A stretch of 62,780 bases of DNA, counting the filler, from Asterionella formosa (taxonomy: Eukaryota), in assembly GCA_002256025.1 (NCBI GenBank). It is 32 parts of 32 records of this genome, joined end to end, with 100 filler letters (N's around TTAATTAATTAA, not from the genome) between each part and the next. Parts side by side here need not be neighbours in the genome. Positions count along the whole stretch, not along the records: positions 24,576 to 25,839 come from NKIB01003328.1; positions 25,940 to 27,203 come from NKIB01003329.1; positions 27,304 to 47,803 come from NKIB01003330.1; 29 more parts are not named here. One strand, given 5' to 3'. The translations under genes and the position numbers were made by a program. Position 1 is the first letter of the stretch; the number at the start of each line of letters is the position of its first letter. Shown here in pieces: positions 24,576 through 37,691 of the stretch. Below the pieces are notes generated by a model. It ran no database searches and was not told the origin of the DNA. It saw only the letters and a program-made list of their open reading frames with translations.

Positions 24576-25839
24576 GCAGATAATGAAGTACCAAATGAAC
24601 TGCAAATTAAAGTGTACAAGTCTTTCCATTTTTCATAGTCTGGAATGAAAGTTACGAGGTACTTGCACCTGCTGTCATATTGCAACGTACGAACCAAGTT
24701 GAGAAGTGCTGAGTGCGACTTGCCAATTCGCTGCGGTCCCCTAATCATGATTCCAGCCGGACCACCTTTGTTGAAGGCATCTTCAACCGAGTTTACCATT
24801 TCCTTCCAAATTTCAGGGCGATATAAGGTTCGCTCCCTGTCTCTTGCAATCATCAAACCGCACTTTTTGGAGCCCATTCATTCAGCAACAATTCTCGGGG
24901 GGAACGACGGGCATGATAGGATCAGAAGAAGGTAAAGTATCATCAAAAGGAGGATGTAAAATGGGATCAGAAAGAGTTGAAGTAGGATCAGAGGAAGGTA
25001 AAGTAGGAATAGAAGGAACCTCTTTTGGATCAATCTTGCAGATATGCCGCATTGTCTTTGGAATGCTTCTTCGTTTTTCTGATTGACCTCCAAGCGCTTG
25101 AAATGAATGTTGAGCTCCTTCTCTAGCAGCCGTCGTGAGGAGGCAACGTTCCGGTTATTAATTTTATCATGATCCTACTCCTGCTCCAATTAAAGTTTGA
25201 GCCTCTCCACCGCCTTGACAATTAAGGAGGCTTCCTCCTGCTCAGCATCATTTAGTTTCTGGCATTTCGTCGCTCCTTGGTCTTTCCAACTGTAGCGAGT
25301 ATTTTTATGTGTCCAATGGATGATACGAAATGATACGTGTGTCTTGGCTGAGAACTACAATACAATAGAAAGTATTCCATGAGATCAGTCAGGATATGTA
25401 CCAACATCAGGTTCGATGACCACAATCACGATCACGAACGTTTGCTTGAACCACCATTGGGACAGTATGGCGTTGCTTGAGGTGGTTGGGAAGAAGGAGA
25501 AAGGCGACAGGCCGATGTGAAGGCCTTTGATTCCAACAAGAGCAATCACGACAATGGTAATTTTGAGTGTTTATGATTTCCATTGTAACAATTACAAACA
25601 ATATACCCCCGAGACTATCATTTTTTCATCGAAATTATAGATCAAATCATGACATCAGGTTATTTGACATGTACCGTATTTTAGTCTTTAATCTTCAGGA
25701 CCATAAGGAGGCAATGAAATTTCCTGAATACCGAAATACAACGATTTTGCCTTAATAGCTTCTCAATCTTCAATCGTCGTATTTCAGGTCCATAAGCTTC
25801 GGCCTAGTTAACTAACAGATGCTATAACTTGAAAACGAA
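24576..25839 (-). pseudogene. Same 1264-bp segment, copy 3 (reverse complement)
   Basis: Identical ends; carries a private V-to-L substitution (SALLNL). Confidence 0.65.
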
Positions 25840-26271
25840 NNNNNNNNNNNNNNNNNNNNNNNNNNNNNNNNNNNNNNNNNNNNTTAATTAATTAANNNNN
25901 NNNNNNNNNNNNNNNNNNNNNNNNNNNNNNNNNNNNNNNAAACTAAGTTTCAATCCCATTCATCACACTTCGAGAACCTGTTCTTCGTGTTCCCTTTTCG
26001 TTGATGTAAACCTTCTTCTGATTGATCTAAGACATCAATCTCGTTAGCAAGCTTCTTGACATGGGAACGCACCATTTGACTTATTGGACTATAGTCGAGT
26101 CCACAGTCCTTGTGACTCATTATAGCCATTGATGCTATATTCTTGACAAATGTATGGAGCTATAAATGTACCGGTATTGTCAAGGATTCACCCTCGTCAT
26201 GTCTGCGGATATTCCAAGTAGCCATTATCCTGTGAGGGAGTGACCATCAAGCCTGCTATAGTGCTGGTGTA

Positions 26272-27203
26272 ATGAAGCAAGCTTCTCTCCCGCTTTGCGT
26301 CATCATGTTTGCTCGTTGTTTGCTCCTACGGTCGACGGCATTGATGCCGTCAGCTCGATTTCAAAGAACATTGCGCCTAACGACGACAGCACTTCGCCTG
26401 GAAGTGGATGATAAGGGAAGAAGCATCCGAACGAAGCGAGTGGCCCCGGAAGGTCAGTCATGGAACGATAGCGATGAAGGTGGTTGGGACGATTTCGATC
26501 CCCTTAGTGACAAGGGGACGAAACGTACTCAACCTCCTGCTCGAAGTGAACGACAACGAAGTGACTACAACAGGGGCGATGATAATGGACGCGATAATCG
26601 TGGCGACGCAAAAGGTCGTGGTAGAAGTGATAATCGTGGCGACGGGAGAGGTCGAGGACGAGGCGACAATCGTCGTGGCGAGCGAGTCGGGGGCAGAAGT
26701 GAGAATCGTGACGAGGATAGCTGGGGTGAGCAGAAGCGAAGTGAATATCGGATTCCCATTGAGAACAGGCGCGACGACAGTGGGGGGCGAGGAGGTAGAG
26801 GCTCGGATCGAACGCGTCAGCTTCGTGAGATGAGGGACCCGGACGATAAAAGAATCAATATGAATGCTCTGGAGGGAGCTGGTTTTGTTCATCTCTACGG
26901 TTTGGCTTCCTGTCTAAATGCCCTTCAAGCAGACCGTCGTGACTTCACAAGGCCAGAAGACATGATCGATATCGAATCACTCACTGGTGAAGCTCTCGAG
27001 CACGAAAAGAGGCAGAGAGAACGCAAACCCGAAGCTCAGTTTAGTCCATTTCTGTTTGTACAGGATCGTGGTGGTACGACGGGTGATCGGGTAGCAGAGA
27101 AAGCGAAGGTTGCAGAAGAAGTGGAGCTCTTGGCCAGAGAACGTGGCATTCCAGTCGCTATGACCGACAAGGGATCATTGAATGCTCTTGCTGGAAATCG
27201 TCC
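26272..27203 (+). CDS. SpoU/TrmH-family rRNA 2'-O-methyltransferase (RlmB/MRM1-like), N-terminal part, probably organelle-targeted
   Basis: HLYGLASCLNAL and ARERGIPV...KGSLNALAGNRP resemble the SpoU substrate-binding domain; hydrophobic leader plus basic transit-like stretch; RG/RGD-rich region. Confidence 0.75.
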
Positions 27204-27435
27204 NNNNNNNNNNNNNNNNNNNNNNNNNNNNNNNNNNNNNNNNNNNNTTAATTAATTAANNNNNNNNNNNNNNNNNNNNNNNNNNNNNNNNNNNNNNNNN
27301 NNNAACTATCTTGAAGAAGCCAGGGAACTATTTAAATTAGAGGGAAAAGGAAGGAAAATGGGTAGAGAATTCCTGTTCGAAGGGTGTTGGCGAATTTTGA
27401 AGGATGCCCCAAAGTGGAAGGGTGGGTGTGCATAT

Positions 27436-28673
27436 GCCAATTTGGGTAGATTCCGTCAACCAAATAATACCCCAGATTGTGTTGTTGGTTGTTGATGGCA
27501 AACTGTACTTTTGGAGTCCTTCCAGCTGACAAATCATGGAAAAACGGTGAACGATCCAAAATATTAAGATCATTGTTTGCCCCGGGCATTCCAAACCATG
27601 CATGCCAGAACCAAAGTCTACAATCAACCGCAGCTTCCAAAGCAATTGTCGCCACTCCTTCTTTTCCTTGATATGCTCCTCTGTGTGCTTTGGGACAGTT
27701 TTTCCACTCCCAATGCATGACATCCAATGAACCAAGAAGACCCGGCCAACCCTTTCCTTCATGCAAACGTAGAATCATCTCAAGGTCCTCTTTGGTCGGA
27801 GCTCTAAGATACTCTTTCCCATACCTGTTGATTATTGCGTTACAGAAGTGTTGCAAGTTGTTGAGTGTTGTTGACTCTGACATCCTTGTTAAATCATCCA
27901 ACTGATCAGCCGATGTTCCATAGGCTAACATGCGAAGCGCTGAGGTAAGTTTTTGGTGTGGCGAAAATCCCAGTAAACCATCCTTCTTCTGAGAAAAGTA
28001 AGAATCCGAAGAAACCAAATCATCAAGAATCTTCTCAAACAATGAACGTCTCATCCGGAAGCGCCTCCTGAACATTGCTGACGAGTAAATCGGATTTTCA
28101 CCGAAATAATCCTTTTTCAAAAGCTTGTCATAGTCTGTCCGAAAACGATTGAGATTGGATGCCTTTCCCACCTTTGATCCTCCTCCCTTGTTTCTTTCTT
28201 GCTTGGCATTCTCGTGTTGCTTCCGCATATCGCGGAAGTGGAAGAAGCGATCGTCATCTGACGAGTCGCTATCATTGCTTATTTTCGCTGTGTCGAAACT
28301 AAAGTCATATTTATTGGTAATAATAAAGAAGCCACAATTCTCTACGAACAATATTCAAGTACATAGTTGTAATATTTTTTGATGGGCAGTACCAGATAGT
28401 ACCGGTAGGAGTATTGCTAGCTGTTTAAGAATAAGGTATGTATGCGGCTACTTCATGAATCAAAAGCGATACACACGAAACTACAGTCTACCTTTATTTC
28501 TATTGGCTAATAATTTAGGCGCGAGATTTGACTAATATAAGATTTGGTCGATGCGGTGGGGAAAAAAAAGAAAAATTCGACTATTGATAAAAAATTTCTC
28601 GACCAAGTGACGTGTATTGATATTTTCAACTGCAATTGGCTTTGGTATTTGGTCGATGCGGTCGCGATGCTCT
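27436..28673 (-). mobile_element. PIF/Harbinger element: TIR AGAGCATCGCG with flanking TAA and 3'-truncated transposase (ORF 27332-28351)
   Basis: FRRRFRMRRSLF, ALRMLAYG, GSLDVMHWEWKNCP, GANNDLNIL, YYLVDGIYP; terminus GATGCTCT then TAA at 28673; subterminal ATTTGGTCGATGCGGT twice. Confidence 0.92.
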
Positions 28674-28685
28674 TAAGAAAAGTTT

Positions 28686-28782
28686 ATTTGCTACATATTT
28701 AGTCAAAAAAAGTAATCCCAAGTTCCTCAGACTTACTCATTATGCATTTTCGGACACTTTTATGCAAAAAATGTAATGGACC
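28686..28782 (-). mobile_element. Isolated left end of the MULE-like element, cut by the Harbinger insertion
   Basis: Reverse complement of 35324-35421. Confidence 0.8.
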
Positions 28783-28812
28783 TTCAGACCAGGGAGAGCC
28801 ATTTTGGTATGT

Positions 28813-30450
28813 TCAAAGCCAGGGGCATCTGTGTAGGTCTTGGCCGATGCCGTGAGAGACACTGAAGTCATGGTGGAAATGTCTTTCTGATGTAGAAGGT
28901 AGGGCCGGACAAAAGAGTGTAAAGCAGGGCCCAGTGGCAGAAGAAACCGGTAGCAGACAAAAGGTTCTGGCCAGCATCAGCAGCCTTAGAGACCAGGTCT
29001 GCTGGAGTGGAGTTTCTTTATCCTTTTGAAATAAATGGTCCCAGGCAGTAAGTAAGTTAATTAGGGAATATGACTGAGAGACATGATAATACTTAGTAAC
29101 TTCATTAAGTAAAGCTATACCATTATGGAGAATCATATCATCGCAGCTACGCCAGTGATCTGAGGCCGCCCTTGTCGTCATGCCAAGTGTATATGGCGCC
29201 AGGCAGGAGTGCTGAGGTCTGTAGACAGCAGGGTGTACCATTTGCTAAACTTGGTGGGGTTGCCATTAAAGCGAGGGAGACTCATAGACAGTTCCTTTAT
29301 AGTGTCCAAGGACTGCATAGTGGCTAAGAAGGCAGCCTGGAGGTCAGATTTGGTAACAGCAGAGGAGGCATCAAGAGAGGCATGCGAGCCAGCAACATGG
29401 GTACCAGAAAGGGGAGGAGGGCAGACCAGGGAGACAGCTGGGTGGGCCAATTGCGCTGAAGAGACAATGGTGTAGGAATCAGAAACGGAAGTGGAGGATT
29501 GGTGTAAGGGGAGCACGGTCTCAGAGGGGGGAGGAACTGGGTGGTAGGGGGAATGAAAATCGTCCTCTTCTAAAGTGGGAGAAGAAGAGGGACCAGCTCC
29601 AGGGTTGGGGGAGGTGAGGAGCCAGGACTGGAGGGGGGAATGGGAGATGGGGCTGTTGAAATAAGTTAAAATAAAAACGAGCAGGATCCTTGCCAAGTTG
29701 CCACATGGGAAGTTGGGGGGCCAATGGACTGCAACCGAGGATGGGGGTACATCGCCAGAAGTTTGAAGATAGCGATGGGCGGCATCTCCGAACTCATTGA
29801 AACCACTAACTTGGCCCCGCAAGGAACCTCATTTGTACCCTGCAGTGAGTGCCCATGCTAATGGCATGAGGGAGAAAGTGCGGATGGGAGGAAGAGCCAA
29901 TGGGGGTGTGGTATGCAGGGGAACCATACATGGCCTGGAGAGGGACATGATGAGTAGCAAACGGGGTAAGGTGGGCTAATTCGGACTGCAGCTGGCTGAC
30001 ACTGGAACCACGAGAGAGGGAGGAAGGGTCAGAGTGCATGGACCAGCCGGCCTGGGAGGCCTGATCCGACATGGCATGGTAAGGAGTGTGAAAATGGGAT
30101 GCAGATGGAACAGCACTTGGCGTGATGTGATAAGAAGGGTAGGAAGGACTCATGTGTGCAATGGGATCTGAATAACGCAGAGGAGGCGTCGGGTGGCGAG
30201 AGTCGGAGAGGAAGGGACTGGCATCGGACGGGATGAACAGCCAAGTTATATCCCGGTCTGCATGTTCGGACAAATATTCGCAATATTCGGACTTTCCCGG
30301 AACTCGCTTTGGAGATGTTATGAGGTTAACGGTGTGATAAGAAGGTCTACAGAATACATGTCTGTGTACATACCGGTATGCCTGTTTACTCCGAGGTCGT
30401 GGCAAACCGCTATTTTGTCTAAAAAAGGTCGATCGACACTTTCACGTACA
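28813..30450 (-). mobile_element. Degenerate LTR retrotransposon 5' region (LTR end at 30316, PBS, frameshifted gag)
   Basis: LPRFNGNPTKFSKW and GIALLNEVTKYY..LLTAWDHLFQKDKETP gag-like motifs; ...ATAACA then TCTCCAAAGCGAG junction. Confidence 0.6.
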
Positions 30451-31392
30451 TTTGTAAATAAATTTACCCAAATGAATGTTCAGTGTAGCTCGTTCTTACA
30501 TAGGGAAGCGCTACTAGCTATAGATGGATGATCATTTCAGATTTGTAGACTGTCAGAAATTCGTTACCAAAAACGTGTTATCCTACGTATAGAGGTTCAA
30601 AGCAGTAAAATAATTTCGATAGGCAGACATTCAAAGCAGTTTTTAGGTGGTACCAGATAGCAGCTGTTCTAAAATCTTTATCATAAGTAAGGACAGGTAA
30701 CAATTCGCGTAGGGCATATTTGTTTTGACGGCTTTCAGAAAGATTCATCAGAGTGATCTGCAATACCGTTCTCTACGTACAAAGATGTAAACCGGGAAGA
30801 CTGATGAACACAAGACAAATACAGAAGAATGTCCTTTGGAACTGTCATATAGGAACTCTGGACACCAGACAAATTGCACGTTGTGACAAGACATCCTGGG
30901 TGAGATTCAAATACGTGTCTAAGACATTTGGCCTAATTACGGTAAAGCTTTTTAAAGTACAGGCTTTTTTATCACAGGCGTTTTTAGCAAAGACTGTAAT
31001 TTCAGTGGAAACCCTCGTGTTTACAGAGCTGTTAACGCACTACCTATTACAATCGCTTGCTAAGAAGGAAAGAAGATTGAAAGAAAAATGTCTACCTGGT
31101 ACCCTCCTACTGGAAATTTCCAAGGAGCGCTTCTGGATCCTAATAAGTACGGTACCCCGTACTATCCTCATGACTTAATTCTTCACTGTATGTTCTACAC
31201 TCATTAATACTCCCACTTGATTTTTCAGCTGGCAGGTGCAAGAATGAATCACCGGTATATAGTACCTGAATGCCTTAATGCATACTCCACATGAAGCAGT
31301 AATGCAAAATCTTTTGCTTATACTTATAAAAATTACACGTGATGCTCAAACACTCAAATTTATCAACAAACATTTGAGAAAACAAAACACAA

Positions 31393-33094
31393 ATGAATAT
31401 TGGAAACACACTCATTGGTGTGGCATTGGCCTTGCTCTTGGTTGACGCTAGTGCACAGGACAGGCTGGTAAGTCCGTTTAAGTCCGTTATTTCACTTCAT
31501 GCTTTTTTATCACTTGTTTGCGGAAACAGGAACTAACTATCTTCGAGTTTTTCTCGTCCAGCCCACAAGTATGCCAACCACTAAACCAACTAGTTTTCCT
31601 ACCATCAAATCCACAAGCAAACCAACCAGCCTTCCTACTATCCAGCCTACAAGCAAGCCAACTAGTTTTCCTACCATCAAACCCACAAGCAAACCAACCA
31701 GTCTTCCTACCATCCAACCCACAAGCAAACCAACTAGTCTTCCTACAAGCAAGCCAACTAGTTTTCCCACCATTCAACCCACGAGCATGCCAACCAACAA
31801 GCCAACTAGTTTTCCAACCATCCAACCCACGAGCATGCCAACCAACAAGCCAACTAGTTTTCCTACCATCCAACCCACGAGCATGCCAACCAACAAGCCA
31901 ACTAGTTTTCCTACCATCCAACCAACAAGCAAGCCAACCATTGAGCCAACTAGTTTTCCTACCATCCAGCCCACAAGCAAGCCGTCTGCACCACCAATTC
32001 AATCACAAGCTCCAACAATGGATCTTCAGATTCTCTCATGTAATTCCACAGCTGTCACAATTCAAGGGGTAGGATCAGAAAATGTGACTGAGGGAACTAT
32101 CCTTGTCCATTTTGGCTCCCCTGGTGACATTGAGAGTTGTCTCCTATGCAGTCCACTCTTTCGCAAGGTTCAATCTGTCTCTATTTCATCATCTGGAATG
32201 ACAATTCTGAAGACAACTTTCGCCACCATGAGTGAAATCTTTGACACGAAAATATTGAATCAAACTTCTGTATCCCAATTCCTTGAGCCACTTTCTGGTT
32301 GCCCTCATTCAGGAGTCACTCCTCGCAGCAATGTCGTGCCCAGTGAAAGCAGCACAATGAATCAGCTCCAGTTCCTTGAGGGAAAACTGTTGACAACTCC
32401 AAATCCAGTTTTTACTCCCATTGCTTCTACATCAAGATGTGACTCATCTTGGCAAAAACAAAAAAGTGGTAGCTGCCTTTACACCAACTGCTTTGTAGGA
32501 GAAACTGGAGACCCTGTCAATTGCTTTGAGTGCAAAGACAGCTGCAATAATGGGTGCGGCGCAGCAAACTCTTTTCTGAATTTTGATGGAAACTTATTCT
32601 TCTTTGACTTTGGCCATGCATGCTGCAATCATGATTTCTGTTGGTCATCAAGCTTTTATACCATGTCGCAATGTAACTCAGCCTTCTTGGCAGAAATGCT
32701 GGGTCAGTGTCCACCATTCTCGTACGGATTGAAATTCTTTTTACCTTTCGTACTGCCAGCAATTACACCATCCTGTAACATACTTGCAGTTGCCTTTTAT
32801 TTGGCCGTAAAAAGCTCATTTGGACAAGCTGCTTATCAGACTGCACAGGATCGTCAAAAGAAGCATGAGATGGAAGATGTTTGCATGAAAAGCCCAACTA
32901 GTTTTCCTTCCATGGAGCCGACTGAACCAACAGTAACACCACCAGTAATACCACCAGTTCAACCACCTGTGATCCCAACTAGTTTTCCTTCCATGCAGCC
33001 AACTGAACCACCAGTATACCCGCCATTCACACCACCTGTGACACCACCAGTATACCCGCCATTCACACCACCTGTGACATCACCAATTACATAA
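31393..33094 (+). CDS. Secreted PT-repeat (mucin-like) protein with group XII-like phospholipase A2 domain; exon 1 31393-31467, intron 31468-31561; about 535 aa
   Basis: Signal peptide MNIGNTLIGVALALLLVDASA; phase-0 GTAAGT..CTAAC..CAG intron; 12-aa PTSFPTIQPTSK repeats; NGCG...CCNHDFCW...QCNSAF..M..QC...AV..FGQAAY..AQ. Confidence 0.85.
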
Positions 33095-35323
33095 TTTATT
33101 ATAATAATGATTTGCTAATGTTTTTATGATCAAACATAAAGATTAAAGGGCTAGGGTCAAGGGATGACACCTCTAGGATGTAGCACATTGTATGACTAAT
33201 CCCAATGAACTACTGATATTGGAATCATTGTGTTAGTACTGCATCTGGGAATATTGAATTCATTGGATTGTTGGCTTCAGCATGGGCAGCAAAGCTGAGG
33301 AGGGTACCAGGTACTATCTGAAGCAAGTATAACAAGCAAAGAAGTAGCACATTCTATTGATCCCGGAAATGAAAAAAATTCCAAATATTGGTAAAATATT
33401 TCAAACAAATGTTCCGTCAGTTTCACCATTTCCTGCCCTAACATGGTTTCCTAAAACAGTGAAATTTTCGAAATTATCCTTCCTGAATGATTCAACTTTT
33501 GCTATCATCCTAAATTGATGTTGAAATCTGGAATAGAATTACAAGTTGGAAGCAAGTCTGTCATCTTGCCTGCATGATTTTTTCACAACTCTGGTAGCAT
33601 CCTGGTGCCAAGATGTGGTTGCAAAAAAGATTGGCTGAACGATGAAGAAGTTGAAAATCGCAAAGTAACAATAATTTTTTTCGGAGTTTTAGTGCTGGTA
33701 TGTTTTGTCGTAGAAACTTTATTAGAAGTAGTTAAGTTTCATCACGATGAAGCAAGACAAAAATGCTGGTATTCATAGTATATACAAAGGATTGTCACAA
33801 CGATGAGCTTGATTTTTTCAAGCGACAATTACTCTACTGCTCACTACTTTTTTCCAAACGCAACATATAACTTTCCGGGTTACTTCCCCTCTATCATTTG
33901 TATAACTCTGGTACACGGCCTCAAGCCGTTTCCGCGGCGCTGCTGCTGCTTCAATCACCCTTGGCCATGGCGCTTTCTGCCCATGCTGCTCCTCCCCCTC
34001 CTTCTCCTCCTGGTATATCTATAGCTGACACTGTCTCCTTCACTCCTGTTCATCCTTAATGCCGAAACTGGAAAGCCCCGCTTGGGTGCATAATTGCACT
34101 CTAATTCAATCTCTTTTCCCCTGTCTCGCCCAACTGATCCTCCGACCACTACTCTTGACCTCCTTCTCACACATACCATCCACTCTCCCCGCCTCCGTCC
34201 ACAACAAAGAAAAGCGCTAGTCTCAGCATCCCTCTACTCCAAATGACACCTCCTCCGCCAACTAACTTGCCACTACTGCTAGACCATTGTTATACCTTGG
34301 CATCAACTGGCCACCCCAATGCAACAACATCACCTCTCTCAGCCCTTAACACCATTCCATCATTTGTGATCTTACTTTACTCATCAGCCCTACATTTCAT
34401 CCTGGCAACTGATTGCCAGGATTCACAATTCAAATTCACGGAAATAGCAATACAGTTTGCTATATACTTTCTGCGTCTCTCAAGACCCTTCTCTTGCTCT
34501 CACCTTATGTATTCATCAGGCTACCACTTTCATTGATTCTTCAAATTTCGGACTCTCCTTTAAAATGTCTCGTCCAAAATGGCCGTTTTTTCCATATTTT
34601 CATTCAACTTCTTGATTGGCCTTCCTCTCTCCTGCCCTAAGTTCCTCCCTATACTGGGTAGTCTACACACAATCTAAAAGCCATATGTGGTTTCCTTGAC
34701 CTTGCTTTTCTCTATGGTTGTTTCCTAGTCTGCAACCCCTAAGAGTCCCTCAATGGACTCACCCTCACTCATCATTCCTTTGGGGCCCATTTGGGCCCAA
34801 GTGCGACTCCACAAACTCCATTAGATTTGAGTTTCAATAAAAGCGTACATTAAAATTTTCTTATTCCACTACTCTACTGCTAACTGGGATGTTTTGCTCC
34901 ACTTTTTCACAGTGCTGTTGACCTCGAAGTACACGAACATCGTGCCATAAGTGCTACCATTTTACAGAAATAAATCCAAGAGTTGTCTGTATTTGAATGC
35001 AGCTAGTGTAAACGACAATCAACAGGTTGAAACAAGCAGCACTGTGGGAATTCACTTTAACTAGTTTAGGCTGAGGCGAATTTAGATAATTGCTAAACTT
35101 TGTTAGCAAATAGAATCTGATCTATTTTGTTTATTATGAGTACTACTCTACAATAAGTTTGGATGAACTGCTGTGAACCAATCAGTCAACTGTTGTGAGC
35201 CAAGAATCAGTGAACGATTCACATCACAAACCTGTTGTGCTGTGAATCACCAGGCTATGCCGTGAATCCCAGAAAATGGGATTTCCATATTTCTTTATAT
35301 TCGAATACATATTCTCACAACCA

Positions 35324-36351
35324 GGTCCATTACACTTTTTGCATAAAAGTGTCCGAAAATGCATAATGAGTTAGTCGGGGGAACTTGGGATACTTTTTTT
35401 TTGACTAAATTTGTAGCAAATCAAGATTAATTTCTATCAATGATAGAAACTTTTCCAAACTAAATTTTCAATGAATCTTTTTGCTTAGTATATTGAAAAA
35501 CGAAAAATAAAAATAAATTTGTACTACTGTATATTTTGTCCGGAAAACGGATGCATAATTTATCAGATGATGTACTTACATTTTCGACATGGAACACATC
35601 ATACATACAACAAACCTTGTATATACTTTGTACATTCCCTATATATAGCGTTGCATATTATATATGCTTGGCATACATACTACTGGGTACTAGAAGTACT
35701 TGCATGTGTGTTTGTACAGCTGCCTATGGTATGGGGTTGATGAGACAGCAACTCCATCTTGACCATGACGAAATTATGAAGTTGAATATCTTCACGAATA
35801 TTGACCATGATCAATTCCTATTTCGCACGTGTATGTAGACTAACATAGACGAGATTATCGTTCAATAAATATAATTTTTTGCACTAGTATTGACAGCAAA
35901 AATTGAAATCAGCGCTGGAAGTTGCTTTTGGTTGTCATTTGCTCAGTTTTTAAGATATGACCAAAAACGAGACAGTGTTGAGTCTGCGGTGATTAGCTTG
36001 ATAACTTTGACTATACAAGGTTTTATATGTTTTGTAGAAATTGATGAGAAAACTTGAGCGACATCATTCTCAGAGAGGGCACAACAACATCTCAAGATGC
36101 AAGAAAAACCTCTACGTCATTTTTGTAGTGAGTTTCATGTAAGCATTAGTTGTCGTGGTCTATATTTCTATGGAATCTTCATAAGGACATTTGACAGTTT
36201 ACTAAAGACATACTTTCAGCCATTCAACAATACACTGCTTGTTCTTTACGTGAATAAAAACTTGGCATCGCGGAAATGATCACGAACTCTCCTGACTGAG
36301 CGATGGTTCATGCATTTTCGGACACTTTTATGCAAAAATTGTATTCTTTCC
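35324..36351 (+). mobile_element. Non-autonomous MULE-like DNA transposon (about 1.03 kb)
   Basis: GG...CC ends with inverted core TACA.TTTTTGCATAAAAGTGTCCGAAAATGCAT; flanks TCACAACCA and TCACTAGCA form a 7/9 target-site duplication. Confidence 0.8.
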
Positions 36352-36431
36352 TCACTAGCACGCACCTCATCACTCACTTCATCCAACAACCAACAAGTGC
36401 CACAATGGAAATGTCACCCACCAAAGCATCA

Positions 36432-36563
36432 TATGCTATCACACGCGCTACAACAGGAACAAACAACATCTACAAAATCAAGAACAAAATGACTGTCTAT
36501 GCTATCACACGCGCTACAACAGGAACAAACAACATCTACAAAATCAAGAACAAAATGACTGTC
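36432..36563 (+). repeat. 66-bp tandem duplication, with related repeats to about 36770
   Basis: TATGCTATCACACGCG...AAATGACTGTC occurs twice. Confidence 0.9.
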
Positions 36564-37691
36564 TTCAGTACAGATAAGTGACAACAAGCACACAAGCAAC
36601 GAAGTGAAATGATACCGGAAGATCTCACTGCCAAGAACCAACACAAGGTATAATGAATGCCAGAACAGTCATGAAATCTACAAAATCAAGAACAAGACTG
36701 TTTCCACAACACCCAACAACAAGCACAATGACACCGGAAGATAGCACTGCCAAGAACCAACACAAGGCATCATAATGATGATCACATCTATGATTTCATT
36801 AAGAAATAAATTGTTAGCATAAGAATACTAATCCTTTACATTGTAGTTTCAATGGCGATTTGACTGTTTGCTCGATTTTCGACTAGAAATAGTACAGCTT
36901 TAATGGCGAATATGACATACTGTCACACCATGATACATGAAAAATACGCGACGAACAAGCAACTAAATTCTGCTTCCACTATACTGTCCCTATTTTTGTA
37001 AAGACAAACTCAACCATTTAATGTAATAGCCGTACATAGTCCCCAATGAATCCAAATAGACAGGCCAGTTGCCTTTAAATAGTGATCTTTAAAGTTACCG
37101 CCATGGTTGTTTGAAAGTCACCAGCTTTGTCGTGTTGATTGATTTTTCGGAGTTTCAAATCAATCTTTACAGATCATTACTAACTACAGTATGAACCAGT
37201 AAAAGAAACTGTAGGCTTTTATTGACAAGCCTCATCAAAACACTCGGGGAAACTAGAAAAACAAGTTTTAGCTTTAACAACCAACCCGGAAAACTGGAGG
37301 AATTTGACTATTGGCATTGTTGAATGTGTCCAGGTATGTACTTCTCTATGTAGACCAATCCTCTTGACCACAGTGTTAAGTGGTCAAGAATGCAGCAACT
37401 ACTGGTGATATCGAGATTTCTACTAATTTTCAATTTGTTTTCTTTAGTTTTTTTAAGTAGTTAAGTAGTTATAGACAAAGCATAATCCATTATTTGTCAA
37501 ATGCAATGAGATTCGACATAATATATATATATATATCCTCACTTATAATATTATATATATCTCCTCACTTGCACCTCTCCCTTTCATTTTCACTCATTCT
37601 CAAATAAATATATATAATGAAACAAAGGGTTCCCCCCCCTCTCAACCGACTTGAGGACTATCTATTCCAAGAGACTTTTCCAAGTCCATTG

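Noticed and set aside
23212..25839. Apparent giant inverted repeat centred near 24525
   Set aside because: Two separate contigs placed in opposite orientation across a linker.
31487..32072. Alternative-frame and antisense repeat ORFs (WLVGWHARG, MVGKLVGLLVG)
   Set aside because: Shadows of the 36-bp PT-repeat coding sequence.
33860..34850. Pyrimidine-rich, CpG-poor stretch resembling a decayed retroelement
   Set aside because: No recognisable motif or terminus to support a call.
28686..35421. Pack-MULE carrying the PLA2-like gene between 100-bp inverted repeats
   Set aside because: The GG termini face inward, and the 35324 end pairs with 36351 with its own TSD, so these are two separate insertions.
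37362..37389. 10-bp hairpin TCTTGACCAC / GTGGTCAAGA
   Set aside because: Isolated, with no second copy or supporting context.
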